DNA from: a virus
Taxonomy: Duplodnaviria; Caudoviricetes
Virus record (IMG/VR): IMGVR_UViG_3300021226_000025
Span: 1-56,046 of that record
Length of the DNA stretch: 56,046 nucleotides
Reading direction: 5' to 3' (one strand)
Positions 7,484 to 17,090 of the stretch are shown here, one piece after another. The notes beneath the pieces were generated by a model that made no database searches, was not told the origin of the DNA, and saw nothing but the letters and a program-made list of their open reading frames with translations. Made by a program: the position numbers and the translations under genes. Positions within the stretch are counted from its first letter, which is position 1. Every line of letters begins with the position of its first letter.

Positions 7484-8395
7484 ATGCGCACAGATAAACT
7501 TTCATACAACGATGTTGCCGAGTGGTTTACTAAGGCACGTAACCCCGATTCAGGTAGACCAGTCATGTCATGGGCGAGGATGTTTAAGGTTGGTGATACA
7601 TACGAACTGCGACATGGCAGTACCAAGGTAGGTGTGTTCACACCTGACAACAAGTTTACCTTTACCTTGTCCACACAACAGGCAAGAAGTTCGAGTGTTA
7701 CCCTAAGCCAAGCACTACAAAGAACCATCCCCTTTGTGTGGTGCAGAGTTGGTATGGGTAAGTATCGGATTAAACCTACGCCAAAGTTGGAAGAATACAA
7801 AGCCAAGAACCCTGACGCATACGCATGGCATTACTTCTCAGAGCAAGAAGGTTATGAGTTGTTCGATGGTTTGTGTTTCGACTTGAATACTTACGAGCCA
7901 GTAAATGCACGACCAAAGATGAGCGATACCATTGACCCTGTAAAGCGTAAGGAATGGCTAGGTTCATTACGTAAATTCAAACGAGCGGTGAAGGTACGAG
8001 CACGACTAGGTGTACTTGATTCTCTGATACAAGAAGTTGCACAGGAACGTAGCAAACATCGTTCCCGATATGATTGGGAAATGCCCGACTGGAATACTGA
8101 CACATGGCAGGATATGCTATACACTTCAATAAAGAATTCAGAGTGTTCGACCGAGTTACTGAAGGGTATAGTCAAGTCAGTTTCCACAGGCTATTACAAG
8201 TCTAGTATCTCTGTCGATGATGTACTTAAAGAGTGCGACAAGATATGCACCAATTACAGCGTAGAGATACGCCGTAAGTTCGGTGTGTTTGACGGAGATA
8301 AAAGTGAAGTGCCCATCATGCAACATACGAATGAAATGCCTAGACACACGGTGGAACAAGACCGTGAATCAGACAAGGCGCAAATGGAAATGTAA
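7484..8395 (+). CDS. Hypothetical protein (303 aa)
   Basis: Long ORF, TAAGGA RBS. Confidence 0.8.
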   Translation: MRTDKLSYNDVAEWFTKARNPDSGRPVMSWARMFKVGDTYELRHGSTKVGVFTPDNKFTFTLSTQQARSSSVTLSQALQRTIPFVWCRVGMGKYRIKPTPKLEEYKAKNPDAYAWHYFSEQEGYELFDGLCFDLNTYEPVNARPKMSDTIDPVKRKEWLGSLRKFKRAVKVRARLGVLDSLIQEVAQERSKHRSRYDWEMPDWNTDTWQDMLYTSIKNSECSTELLKGIVKSVSTGYYKSSISVDDVLKECDKICTNYSVEIRRKFGVFDGDKSEVPIMQHTNEMPRHTVEQDRESDKAQMEM

Positions 8396-8678
8396 CTGTG
8401 GGGCAAGGGGTACTACTATCGAATCATGGGAGAGTACCCCTACCCGAGTAACACATAAGCCAAAGCCCAAGCCTGACTACAAAAAGATAGACGTTGAGAA
8501 GTCTACGGATAAGTTGATGACTGCGTTCTACGGCAGACTTGAGAAGCCAAAGAAGCAGAAACAAGTTGAGGTAAAACATAAACCAACCAAGGCTATGTTT
8601 GAGGATGTCGAAGATAGTAGGAACTATGACGACTACTCTGACTTAGGTATTGACATTCCTAAAGGAGATGAATGGTGA
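8304..8678 (+). CDS. NrdR-like zinc-ribbon protein
   Basis: GGAG before GTG 8304; MKCPSC...DTR...RRKWKCNC...TTIE. Confidence 0.7.
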   Translation: MKCPSCNIRMKCLDTRWNKTVNQTRRKWKCNCGARGTTIESWESTPTRVTHKPKPKPDYKKIDVEKSTDKLMTAFYGRLEKPKKQKQVEVKHKPTKAMFEDVEDSRNYDDYSDLGIDIPKGDEW

Positions 8679-8839
8679 TTCTTTCGCAAGGCAAACTCGC
8701 TGATGGTTTAGTGGATGACCTACTGCAAACCATTCATAAGTATGACGAAACTCTTTACATGGCAACAGTCATTGGTGTACTGGAGTTAGTCAAGCAACAA
8801 CTGATAAACGAGAGCGTGGAGAATAGCGATGACGATTGA
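8672..8839 (+). CDS. Hypothetical 55-aa protein (not in ORF track)
   Basis: AAGGAG RBS; fills the gap. Confidence 0.7.
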   Translation: MVILSQGKLADGLVDDLLQTIHKYDETLYMATVIGVLELVKQQLINESVENSDDD

Positions 8840-9032
8840 TACCAAGAAACGTGATGGTGCTTACTACGACTTCATTGGTAGGGTAGCCTACGAAGATGAT
8901 GGGGGATGGAGTAAGGATGTATGGGATGCGGCATGGGCAGAGCAACAGAAGGACATTGACCTTTTACATGCACGGGTCAAGTTGTTGGAAGAAGAATGTG
9001 CGTGGCTTAACTCAGTAGGAAAAGACAAATGA
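8829..9032 (+). CDS. Hypothetical protein
   Basis: GGAG RBS; coupled to neighbours. Confidence 0.7.
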   Translation: MTIDTKKRDGAYYDFIGRVAYEDDGGWSKDVWDAAWAEQQKDIDLLHARVKLLEEECAWLNSVGKDK

Positions 9033-9469
9033 AAAAATCTAAATCAATGAAGGTGGCAGAGTATTTCTTGAAGTACCCTAATGCAGTTCCCAAAGATGTT
9101 GGTGCGAAGTTCAAGATGCACATGCCACAGGTGTATGGAATACGCAAGCGGGTGCTTAGTGGTGCGCTAGATAGCGTACTACCTGATGTAGTTAATCCAC
9201 AGATTACTGATGCAGTAACCCAGTTCACACCAAGCAATAAAGCAGATGACTTGCAGATTGGTGGCGACCATTACAAGAACATGGGGATACAACCTTGGAA
9301 GGCTATGGAATCTTGGATGACACCCGAGGAATTCCGTGGATTCTTGAAGGGTAACTCAATCAAATATCTTGCACGTTGCAATGCCAAGGGTGGCGTTGAG
9401 GATGTGAAGAAGGCAAGGCATTACATCGACAAACTTGTTGAGGTGATGAATGATTATGACGCTGATTGA
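9029..9469 (+). CDS. DUF3310 (SaV / T7 gp1.7-like) protein with N-terminal HTH-like extension
   Basis: QIGGDHYK...GFLKGNSIKYLAR...EDVKKARHY. Confidence 0.85.
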   Translation: MKKSKSMKVAEYFLKYPNAVPKDVGAKFKMHMPQVYGIRKRVLSGALDSVLPDVVNPQITDAVTQFTPSNKADDLQIGGDHYKNMGIQPWKAMESWMTPEEFRGFLKGNSIKYLARCNAKGGVEDVKKARHYIDKLVEVMNDYDAD

Positions 9470-9596
9470 TGCCTTATGGTACGGACTTAAATTCGCAATC
9501 TTCACAATAGGTTCGGTTGCCGTATTGGTAGCCGCCTTTGTCTTGATAGTTATATGGCTTGAGCGTAGAGAAAGGAACCGCCGTGGAGACAGATGA
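9456..9596 (+). CDS. 46-aa membrane peptide (not in ORF track)
   Basis: GAGG RBS; TM segment plus basic tail. Confidence 0.6.
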   Translation: MTLIDALWYGLKFAIFTIGSVAVLVAAFVLIVIWLERRERNRRGDR

Positions 9597-10044
9597 ACTA
9601 CGTGAGCGGTGGCGTGAGACTGCCCAACATGGAGGGGGGTATTGCCCTGTCTGTGATAGGTGGGGTAGCGTATACCGCATCAACCTAAATGAAACAATGG
9701 CGAAGTCACTGATATGGCTGACGAGAACACCACATGCTGATGTGAATGGTTGGGTAGAAGTACCGACCAAAGCACCGACATTTGTTCTCAGGTCAAATCA
9801 GTTACCGACCCTTAAACATTGGGGACTTGTTGAGCGTATGCCTAACAACGACCCAAGCAAGAAATTCTCAGGTGTATGGAGAGCAACCGACAAGGGCAGA
9901 GCCTTTGCAAGCGGTGCGCTACGTGTGCCCAAGAAGGTCTACATCTACAACGATGTTGTGGAAGCGTGGTCTCCCGAAGATGTATCCATTAGCGAATGTT
10001 TCGGTGAGTACTTTGATTACCAAGATGCAATGAGGTCAACATGA
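9583..10044 (+). CDS. Zn-knuckle / winged-helix-like protein
   Basis: CPVC; LKHWGLVE...GVWRATDKG wing-like motif; start GTG 9583 or TTG 9559. Confidence 0.7.
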   Translation: METDELRERWRETAQHGGGYCPVCDRWGSVYRINLNETMAKSLIWLTRTPHADVNGWVEVPTKAPTFVLRSNQLPTLKHWGLVERMPNNDPSKKFSGVWRATDKGRAFASGALRVPKKVYIYNDVVEAWSPEDVSISECFGEYFDYQDAMRST

Positions 10045-10196
10045 CACATCGACCAAGTGGAACTATGTGTAGCCAATGCACCAACAAGAAGTTTGATTGC
10101 AGTCAACTACCTTTTCAGACTATGACCCCATTCAAACAAGATAAAGACGGAGTACTTGTAGTCCGATGCACTGCGTATAAGAAGGAGAATCAGTAA
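10041..10196 (+). CDS. 51-aa Cys-rich protein (not in ORF track)
   Basis: ATGA and TAATG overlaps on both sides; CSQC...C...C. Confidence 0.7.
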   Translation: MTHRPSGTMCSQCTNKKFDCSQLPFQTMTPFKQDKDGVLVVRCTAYKKENQ

Positions 10197-12073
10197 TGGA
10201 CATAGTAACCATCGACTTTGAAACGTACTACGACCAACTGTTTTCGTTGTCCAAGATGACGACAGAAGCGTACATACGTAGCGATAAGTTTGAGGTCATA
10301 GGCGTGGGGGTTAAGGTCAACGATTACCCGACCGACTGGTATAGCGGTAATGATGTTGGCAAATTCCTCAAGTCTCTTGACTATAAAGACAAGGCAATCC
10401 TTTGTCACAACACCGCCTTTGATGGTGCGATATTGTCATGGCACTTTGGAATCAAGCCTAAGTTGTGGCTTGATACGATGAGCATGGCTAAACCTTTCCA
10501 CAACATCACGGTGGGGGGTTCACTCAAAGCACTTGCTACTTACTATAACTTGGGGGCTAAGGGCGAGGAAGTTATCCAAGCCATTGGCAAGCACCGCATG
10601 GACTTCACTGCTGAGGAACTTGCACGTTATGGTGAGTACTGTAAGAACGACGTAGAGTTGACGTACGCATTGTTCAACAAGTTGAAGCGTGGCTTTCCTG
10701 TCAGTGAACTGCTGGTGATTGACCAAACCCTGCGCATGTACACCGAACCAACCATCGAGTTGGATGTGGATGTGTTACAGAAACATCTTGAGGAAGTCAT
10801 TGAACGCAAGCGGTTGCTCATTGATGACCTTGGGTTGACTGGTATCAGCAAGGATTCAATCACAAAGACATTGATGAGTAATCAAATCTTTGCGAAGTAC
10901 CTTGAGAACTTGGGTGTTGAGCCGCCAACAAAGACGAGCGCAAGGACAGGCAAGGAAGCCTACGCTTTCTCAAAGACAGACAAGGCTTTCACAGACTTGT
11001 TGGAACATCCTGACCCACGAGTTCAGAACGCGGTCGCGGCTCGGCTCGGGGTGAAGTCCACTCTAGAGGAGACCCGAACCCAGTCTCTAATAGAGGTGGC
11101 GGGGCGGGGTCGGCTCCCAATCATGCTCAACTATTATGGTGCGCACACAGGCAGGTTCTCGGGCGGTGACAAGATGAACTTGCAAAACTTACCTGCACGT
11201 GGAAACAATAGCATCCGCCGTGCATTGAAAGCACCCAACGGACAAGTTCTTGTGGCGTGTGATTCGTCACAGATTGAGGCCCGCATGGTTGCGTGGTTGG
11301 CAGAGCAACATGATTTAGTCGGTGCGTTTGCCGAAGGTCGTGATGTCTATTCCGAGTTTGCCAGTGAGGTATACGGACGCACCATAACAAAGTCTGACAA
11401 GGTTGAACGGTTCGTTGGCAAGACCTGTATCTTGGGGCTAGGCTACGGCATGGGTGCTGAGAAGTTTAGGCGCACACTAGAGATAGGACAGGGTGGTATC
11501 TCTGTCAAGATTGAACTGCATGAGGCTGACCGCATTGTGCGTTTGTATCGGCAGAAGAACCACAAGATTGTTTCTCTGTGGAACAAGTGTGGCAACTCGT
11601 TGGGTGGCATCCTTGCAAGACAGAGCGGTGTCATTGGCAAGATGGTGACCTACGATGAGCAAGGCATACGCTTACCCAATGGGTTCTATATCAGATACCC
11701 TGCGCTACGTGCAACGGCAAACGGCTATGAATATATTTCAGATGCCCGAGCCTATCGCAAAGCCGTCAAAGACCGTGTGTTGTCAGGCGAGATGAGCGAA
11801 GTTGATTGGACAAAGATTTACGGTGGCAAGGTCACAGAGAATCTTGTGCAAGCCCTCGCTCGTATAGTTGTTGCAGAACAAATGGCGAAGATTGGGCAGC
11901 ACTACCATGTGGTGTTTCAAGTCCACGATGAAATCATCATCGTTGCCCCGGCAGCCGAAGCGTCAGACGCAGAGAAACTTATTGTCGAAACAATGTCAAC
12001 CCCTCCCGTGTGGGCACAGGACTTACCAGTCTCATGTGAATCGGGTATGGCAGAGAACTATGGAGATACATAA
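10196..12073 (+). CDS. polA: Family A DNA polymerase with 3'-5' exonuclease
   Basis: ExoI DFET, ExoII HNTAFD, ExoIII YCKND; motif A DSSQIEAR, motif B KTCILGLGYG, motif C VHDE. Confidence 0.95.
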   Translation: MDIVTIDFETYYDQLFSLSKMTTEAYIRSDKFEVIGVGVKVNDYPTDWYSGNDVGKFLKSLDYKDKAILCHNTAFDGAILSWHFGIKPKLWLDTMSMAKPFHNITVGGSLKALATYYNLGAKGEEVIQAIGKHRMDFTAEELARYGEYCKNDVELTYALFNKLKRGFPVSELLVIDQTLRMYTEPTIELDVDVLQKHLEEVIERKRLLIDDLGLTGISKDSITKTLMSNQIFAKYLENLGVEPPTKTSARTGKEAYAFSKTDKAFTDLLEHPDPRVQNAVAARLGVKSTLEETRTQSLIEVAGRGRLPIMLNYYGAHTGRFSGGDKMNLQNLPARGNNSIRRALKAPNGQVLVACDSSQIEARMVAWLAEQHDLVGAFAEGRDVYSEFASEVYGRTITKSDKVERFVGKTCILGLGYGMGAEKFRRTLEIGQGGISVKIELHEADRIVRLYRQKNHKIVSLWNKCGNSLGGILARQSGVIGKMVTYDEQGIRLPNGFYIRYPALRATANGYEYISDARAYRKAVKDRVLSGEMSEVDWTKIYGGKVTENLVQALARIVVAEQMAKIGQHYHVVFQVHDEIIIVAPAAEASDAEKLIVETMSTPPVWAQDLPVSCESGMAENYGDT

Positions 12074-12309
12074 TGAATCAGGTGACAAACTTAACCAAGG
12101 TGGTAGAGGACAAACGCAAAGCGGAGGTTCTCGAAATCATGCGCAACGCAAACGACAAGGTTGAAGCAGAGGGTGCGAGCAACGTGCTCATCCTGCTCAA
12201 GACCGATGGTGTCTACACAAGATTCTCCACAAGCATTGACGATGTGATGGAGGTGGTAGCCCAGTTGGAACTGTTGAAGTACGACATATTGCGCCGTATG
12301 CACGACTGA
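12073..12309 (+). CDS. Hypothetical protein
   Basis: TAATG coupling to polA. Confidence 0.75.
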   Translation: MNQVTNLTKVVEDKRKAEVLEIMRNANDKVEAEGASNVLILLKTDGVYTRFSTSIDDVMEVVAQLELLKYDILRRMHD

Positions 12310-12370
12310 TGTATACTGGATTTTCCAATTAAACAGAGAACCCCAAGGACACCCCGAGGGGCTACAACCT

Positions 12371-13030
12371 ATGCGCCTGTCCCATTCATACTCGTCAATT
12401 AAGTTGTACGAGAACTGTCCGTTGCGGTACTACCGACAACGAGTTCTGAAAGATGTTGTGGATGAAGGCGGTGAAGCAAGTAAGTATGGTGAAAGAATCC
12501 ATGCCTTCTTGGAGACCCGCCTGAAAGAGAACTCCCTGCTACCACAGGAGGTCGCCCATTACGAACCATTGTGCGCATCGGTGGAGCGCATCTCTCAGGG
12601 CGGTGAGTTACACATCGAGAAAGAACTTGTGCTGAGTGATAACCTTACACCTACTGGGTGGTGGGACGCAGACGCATGGATTAGAAGTAAACTTGACATC
12701 CTTGTAATAAACGGTAACATGGCAAACGTCATGGACTGGAAAACAGGGAAGCGAAAGGCTGACCAGTTTCAGATGCAACTGTTTGCCGCCCAAGTGTTCA
12801 AACACTTCCCCGAGGTGGATGTGGTCAAGACCAGTTTGGTATGGCTCAAGACGTTTGAGATTGACACAGAGACGTATCAGAGGTCGGAGGTCAACCCGAT
12901 ATGGGCTGACATTATGAAGCGAATCCAACGCATCCACAGTTCGTTAGAGCATGACAACTGGCCTGCCAAACCAAGTGGCTTGTGCAGGTACTGCCCCGCT
13001 CGACACGACTGTGACTACGCTAGGGTTTAA
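12371..13030 (+). CDS. PD-(D/E)XK Cas4-like exonuclease
   Basis: CP...KLD...DWKTG...CRYC...C (Fe-S staple pattern). Confidence 0.9.
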   Translation: MRLSHSYSSIKLYENCPLRYYRQRVLKDVVDEGGEASKYGERIHAFLETRLKENSLLPQEVAHYEPLCASVERISQGGELHIEKELVLSDNLTPTGWWDADAWIRSKLDILVINGNMANVMDWKTGKRKADQFQMQLFAAQVFKHFPEVDVVKTSLVWLKTFEIDTETYQRSEVNPIWADIMKRIQRIHSSLEHDNWPAKPSGLCRYCPARHDCDYARV

Positions 13031-13036
13031 CCTTAC

Positions 13037-13064
13037 TTGACATTCATGTAAAGGGATATATAAT
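13037..13064 (+). promoter_or_regulatory. Consensus sigma70 promoter
   Basis: TTGACA-N16-TATAAT. Confidence 0.7.
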
Positions 13065-13371
13065 GAGTGCAACAACACCCGAAGGCAAGGTAAAACGTAA
13101 GGTTGTTGAGGTCTTGAAGCGACATGGTGTATGGTACTTCTTCCCTGCCAACAATGGGTTTGGGAAGGCAGGTATCCCCGACATCATTGCGATTGTCAAG
13201 GGTCAGTTTGTTGGTGTGGAAGTGAAAGCCGATAGGACGAAGAAGCCTACGGCATTACAGGTGAAGTGCGGTGAGGAAATCCAACGTGCCCAAGGATGGT
13301 GGTTCGTTGTTTGCGATGTTGAATCACTGTACTCGTTGGAACAAGCGATAGAAGAAAAACTTTACAGGTGA
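13063..13371 (+). CDS. VRR-NUC nuclease (resolvase-like)
   Basis: E...GIPD...EVK...PTALQ. Confidence 0.9.
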   Translation: MSATTPEGKVKRKVVEVLKRHGVWYFFPANNGFGKAGIPDIIAIVKGQFVGVEVKADRTKKPTALQVKCGEEIQRAQGWWFVVCDVESLYSLEQAIEEKLYR

Positions 13372-13375
13372 CGAC

Positions 13376-14929
13376 ATGTTGGTAGTGGAAAAGGCAAGGA
13401 CACTTGCCCTTAAATTGAACAACCCCAATCGGGTACTCGACAGTATCCCGACTGCTAAGACTGTGGAAGTGCGTGGCATACCGCTCGTGCTGACCCCGCA
13501 CAGTCTTGACGAAGTGCGTGTGTTAAGAAACCTTGGCATCAATGCACCCTCCCCCATCTTGCACTACTACGACTGGTGCGGACAGTACACACCGTATGAG
13601 CATCAGAAACAAACTGCGGCGTTCTTGACGCTACACCCAAAGGGACTTGTGCTCAACGAGATTGGCACAGGTAAAACACAATCATCTTTGTGGGCGGCTG
13701 ACTACCTCATCAAGACCAAGCAGGTGAAGAAGGTTTTGATTCTGTCTCCACTGTCCACGTTGGAACGTGTGTGGGGTGACGCTATCTTTACAGGCTTTCC
13801 CCATCGTAGGTTTGTGGTTCTGCATGGCACTGCTGAACGTAGAAAGAAACTGCTCAAGACTGAGGCTGACTTCTACATCATTAACCATGACGGATTCCCC
13901 ATCATCTCTGAACTTGCACATGGAATGTTTGACCTTGTGATTGTTGACGAGGCGGCAGTGCTACGCAACCCATCGACACAACGCTTCAAGGTATTCCGGA
14001 AGTGGATGGACAACAATACGTCAACACGTTTGTGGTTGATGACTGGAACCCCGACTCCTAACGACCCGACAGACGCATGGGCATTGGCTAAGTTAGTCAA
14101 TAGTCCGTTCTGCACCAAGACGTTTACGGCTTTCCGTGAACAGGTCATGATGAAAATTGCGCAGTGGAAGTTCGTGCCTAGACCCGAGGCAGTTGATGTT
14201 GTTAAACATATCCTCCAACCTGCGGTGCGCTACACACGTGACGAGTGTTTCGACTTGCCTGACACAGTGATTCAAACTCGACAGGTCGAACTCACCCCCG
14301 AGCAGAAGAAGCATTACACACAGATGCTGAGACATTTTGTAACTGAGATGTCAACGGAGGGCACAATCACTGCGGTCAATGAAGCAGTGAAGATTCAGAA
14401 GTTGGTTCAGATTGCGTGTGGCGTAGCCTATGGCGACGATGGACGCAACATTGAACTCGACTGTACACCACGTATCAACTTAGTGAAGGAGGTGATTGAA
14501 GAAGCAGGAGAAAAAGTAATTGTATTTGTACCACTGACCGGAACTCTGCACATGTTGGAGAAAGAGTTGTCGAAGCACTGGACTGTTGGAGTTGTGAACG
14601 GTGAGGTTTCCTCAACTAAGCGCAATCAGATTTTCCAAGATTTCCAAGAAGCCAAAGACCCACATGTGTTGATTGCTCACCCCGCAACGATGGCGCACGG
14701 ACTTACATTGACTGTCGCGTCAACGATTATCTGGTATGGGCCAGTGACAAGCAACGAACAATATGTTCAGGCGAACGGTCGCATTGAGCGTATCGGCAAG
14801 AAGCACACATCGAACGTCATCCACATCGAGGCGACAGACCTTGAGTACAAGATGTATGAACGATTGAAGAACAAGCAGAAACTGCAAGGCTTGCTTCTTG
14901 ATTTGATTCAACAACAAACAAATAGGTGA
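13376..14929 (+). CDS. SNF2-family helicase
   Basis: GTGKT, DEAA, TGTP, QANGRIERIG. Confidence 0.92.
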   Translation: MLVVEKARTLALKLNNPNRVLDSIPTAKTVEVRGIPLVLTPHSLDEVRVLRNLGINAPSPILHYYDWCGQYTPYEHQKQTAAFLTLHPKGLVLNEIGTGKTQSSLWAADYLIKTKQVKKVLILSPLSTLERVWGDAIFTGFPHRRFVVLHGTAERRKKLLKTEADFYIINHDGFPIISELAHGMFDLVIVDEAAVLRNPSTQRFKVFRKWMDNNTSTRLWLMTGTPTPNDPTDAWALAKLVNSPFCTKTFTAFREQVMMKIAQWKFVPRPEAVDVVKHILQPAVRYTRDECFDLPDTVIQTRQVELTPEQKKHYTQMLRHFVTEMSTEGTITAVNEAVKIQKLVQIACGVAYGDDGRNIELDCTPRINLVKEVIEEAGEKVIVFVPLTGTLHMLEKELSKHWTVGVVNGEVSSTKRNQIFQDFQEAKDPHVLIAHPATMAHGLTLTVASTIIWYGPVTSNEQYVQANGRIERIGKKHTSNVIHIEATDLEYKMYERLKNKQKLQGLLLDLIQQQTNR

Positions 14930-14933
14930 CACT

Positions 14934-15338
14934 ATGACTGTAAACGTAGACGATGTGGTCGCAACATACATGAAGTTGCGCTCACAAAAAGAATCCATTG
15001 AGGCAGAGGTGAAAGACCGTGTGTCCGTAATCAAAGCCAAGATGGAGAAGTTAGAAGCATGGATTAAGGAACAGGCTGATGCTCAAGGCGTTACCAGTTT
15101 CAAGACCAAGCATGGCACTGCCTTTCTCACAACAACTGACTACGCCAATGTAGCGGACTGGGATGCCGTACTGGATTTCATTCGCACACAAGAAGCGTTT
15201 GACATGTTGGAGAAACGCATTAGCAAGATTGCCGTACGTGGATATATTGAGGCGAACAAAGCAGTCCCGCCCGGGGTCAACTACGGCACGAAACTGGAAG
15301 TAAATATCCGTAAGCCTGTCGCTAAAGTGGAGGACTGA
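14934..15338 (+). CDS. Conserved replication-module coiled-coil protein
   Basis: Coiled-coil N-terminus, VPPGV C-terminus; position in replication module. Confidence 0.75.
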   Translation: MTVNVDDVVATYMKLRSQKESIEAEVKDRVSVIKAKMEKLEAWIKEQADAQGVTSFKTKHGTAFLTTTDYANVADWDAVLDFIRTQEAFDMLEKRISKIAVRGYIEANKAVPPGVNYGTKLEVNIRKPVAKVED

Positions 15339-15341
15339 GCC

Positions 15342-15758
15342 ATGAGTATCAAAGGATTTTTTGGTAAGGGGTTGGTGTCGCTGATTAAGTCACACCAAGA
15401 CGAGGCTAACAGACTGGGGGCAGAGATGTCACCACGAGTTGCCACAGATATGGAACGCATGTTCGGTAACTGTGCACCCGCAGTAGTTGCGTTCAGAATT
15501 GAAAATGGTTTTGTTGTTCGGACAGTAAGCCACGAAGAAGCGTACGAAGGTAGACGACAAGGTGGATTCACTTACTGTAAAGACCATCAAGAGATTGCTG
15601 AACACATCGTAGCCACCGAAGCCAAGCGTGTATTGGGTATTGGTGACGAGTATCAAAGAGAAATGTTTGCCGCTGAGAAAGCACGAGCAGTGGCGGCACA
15701 AGGTTTAGTTGGTGGAGGCGGATTCGCTCAAGCCAAACGTGCAACTAATCGTATTTAA
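15342..15758 (+). CDS. Hypothetical protein
   Basis: GGAGG RBS. Confidence 0.75.
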   Translation: MSIKGFFGKGLVSLIKSHQDEANRLGAEMSPRVATDMERMFGNCAPAVVAFRIENGFVVRTVSHEEAYEGRRQGGFTYCKDHQEIAEHIVATEAKRVLGIGDEYQREMFAAEKARAVAAQGLVGGGGFAQAKRATNRI

Positions 15759-15782
15759 CCCGCTCAACAAAGGAGAATTTCT

Positions 15783-16769
15783 ATGAGCAATATCGTATCC
15801 CTTGCCAACGTGCAAGTCCCCGCCCACCTCGCTCAACGTGTTGGTGTTCCATCTGCCCTGTCTCAATCACTATCCGGTGGTATCGGTGGTGGTGAAGCGT
15901 TCCCACGTATCAGCATCAAAGGCAGTCGCTTCCGTATTGTCGAAGGCGGTACAGAGACCGTACTCGATACAACTTCTTTGGACGTTGTTGTCGTAGGTGC
16001 GAACCCCCGTCTGTCGAAAACTTGGTATGCAAAAGCATGGACACCTGAGAGTGAGCCTTCTTCACCTGACTGCTTCTCTTTGGACGGCGTGTCGCCTGAC
16101 ACTGCAAGCACTGACCCACAGAACGACCTGTGCGCATCTTGCCCACAGAACGCATGGGGTAGCAAAGTGACTCCGCAGGGTAAACAAATCAAAGCATGTT
16201 CTGACCAAAAGCGTTTGGCAGTCGTGTCTGCTGACGACCCAACAGGGCCTGTATATTTGTTGCAGGTTACTCCTGCCGCATTGCAAGGCTTGGGTCAGTA
16301 TCAGAAAGAGTTGTCACACCGTGGCATCCCTGCTGAGATTGTCCGCACTCGTATTGGTTTTGATACCGATGCGTCATTCCCCAAACTGAAGTTCTCGTTC
16401 GGTGGCTTCCTTGACGAAGCAACACAGGGCGATGTTGACAAACTGTTTGGCTCGGATGAAGTCCGTCAAATTACTGGTGAATTGCATGTCGCGGCCCAGC
16501 CTGTGCCGAAGATTAGCGCACCACAACAAGTTGCACCGAAACCCGCACCAGTTGCGGCGGCTCCTCAACCCGCTCCTACCCCCGTGGCGGAACCCCAACC
16601 CGAAGCACCCAAGCGTGGTTTCGGTGCACCTAAAAAGGCGGCGGCATCCCCTGCCCCTGCTCCTCAGGCTAAGGCTCAGCCTGCCCCTGCCGCAACTGCC
16701 CCATCTGCCGCATCGTTGGCTGATGAGATTGCCGCACTTGTCGGTGAGGTGAACGCAGATGACGCCTAA
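15783..16769 (+). CDS. Putative ssDNA-binding/annealing protein
   Basis: PRISIKG, C...CASCP...C motif, Pro/Ala linker, acidic C-terminus; module position. Confidence 0.6.
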   Translation: MSNIVSLANVQVPAHLAQRVGVPSALSQSLSGGIGGGEAFPRISIKGSRFRIVEGGTETVLDTTSLDVVVVGANPRLSKTWYAKAWTPESEPSSPDCFSLDGVSPDTASTDPQNDLCASCPQNAWGSKVTPQGKQIKACSDQKRLAVVSADDPTGPVYLLQVTPAALQGLGQYQKELSHRGIPAEIVRTRIGFDTDASFPKLKFSFGGFLDEATQGDVDKLFGSDEVRQITGELHVAAQPVPKISAPQQVAPKPAPVAAAPQPAPTPVAEPQPEAPKRGFGAPKKAAASPAPAPQAKAQPAPAATAPSAASLADEIAALVGEVNADDA

Positions 16770-17049
16770 CCAAACGCCTATTGACTTCACAAAAGTCGAG
16801 GCGTTGCGGAAGCACATGTTGTTGACGACCAATGACATGGCTTCTGCGTTCGGTGTTTCCCGCATGACGTACTATGGATGGGTTCGGGGTAAGCCCCTAC
16901 GCAAGTCGAGTGACGAAGCCGTGAGGACTGTGCTAAAAAGGTTACTTTCGGTGATGGTTGACGACAAGTGGCCTACTCCTGACGTTATTGCGATGGAGCA
17001 GAAACAACGAAAAGAACGCCTTGACGAATTGATGAAGCGTTTTGATTGA
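16759..17049 (+). CDS. Cro/XRE-type HTH regulator
   Basis: LTTNDMASAFGVSRMTYYGWVRG. Confidence 0.85.
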   Translation: MTPNQTPIDFTKVEALRKHMLLTTNDMASAFGVSRMTYYGWVRGKPLRKSSDEAVRTVLKRLLSVMVDDKWPTPDVIAMEQKQRKERLDELMKRFD

Positions 17050-17090
17050 GGAAATGGGGGGCTAACCACCCCCCAACAAACGGGGATAAC

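Noticed and set aside
12371-13030. Cas4 as a sign of CRISPR-Cas
   Set aside because: No array or other cas genes; Cas4-like exonucleases are routine in this type of replication module
17046-17090. TTG start of the primase
   Set aside because: A hairpin occupies this stretch and the RBS supports ATG 17091
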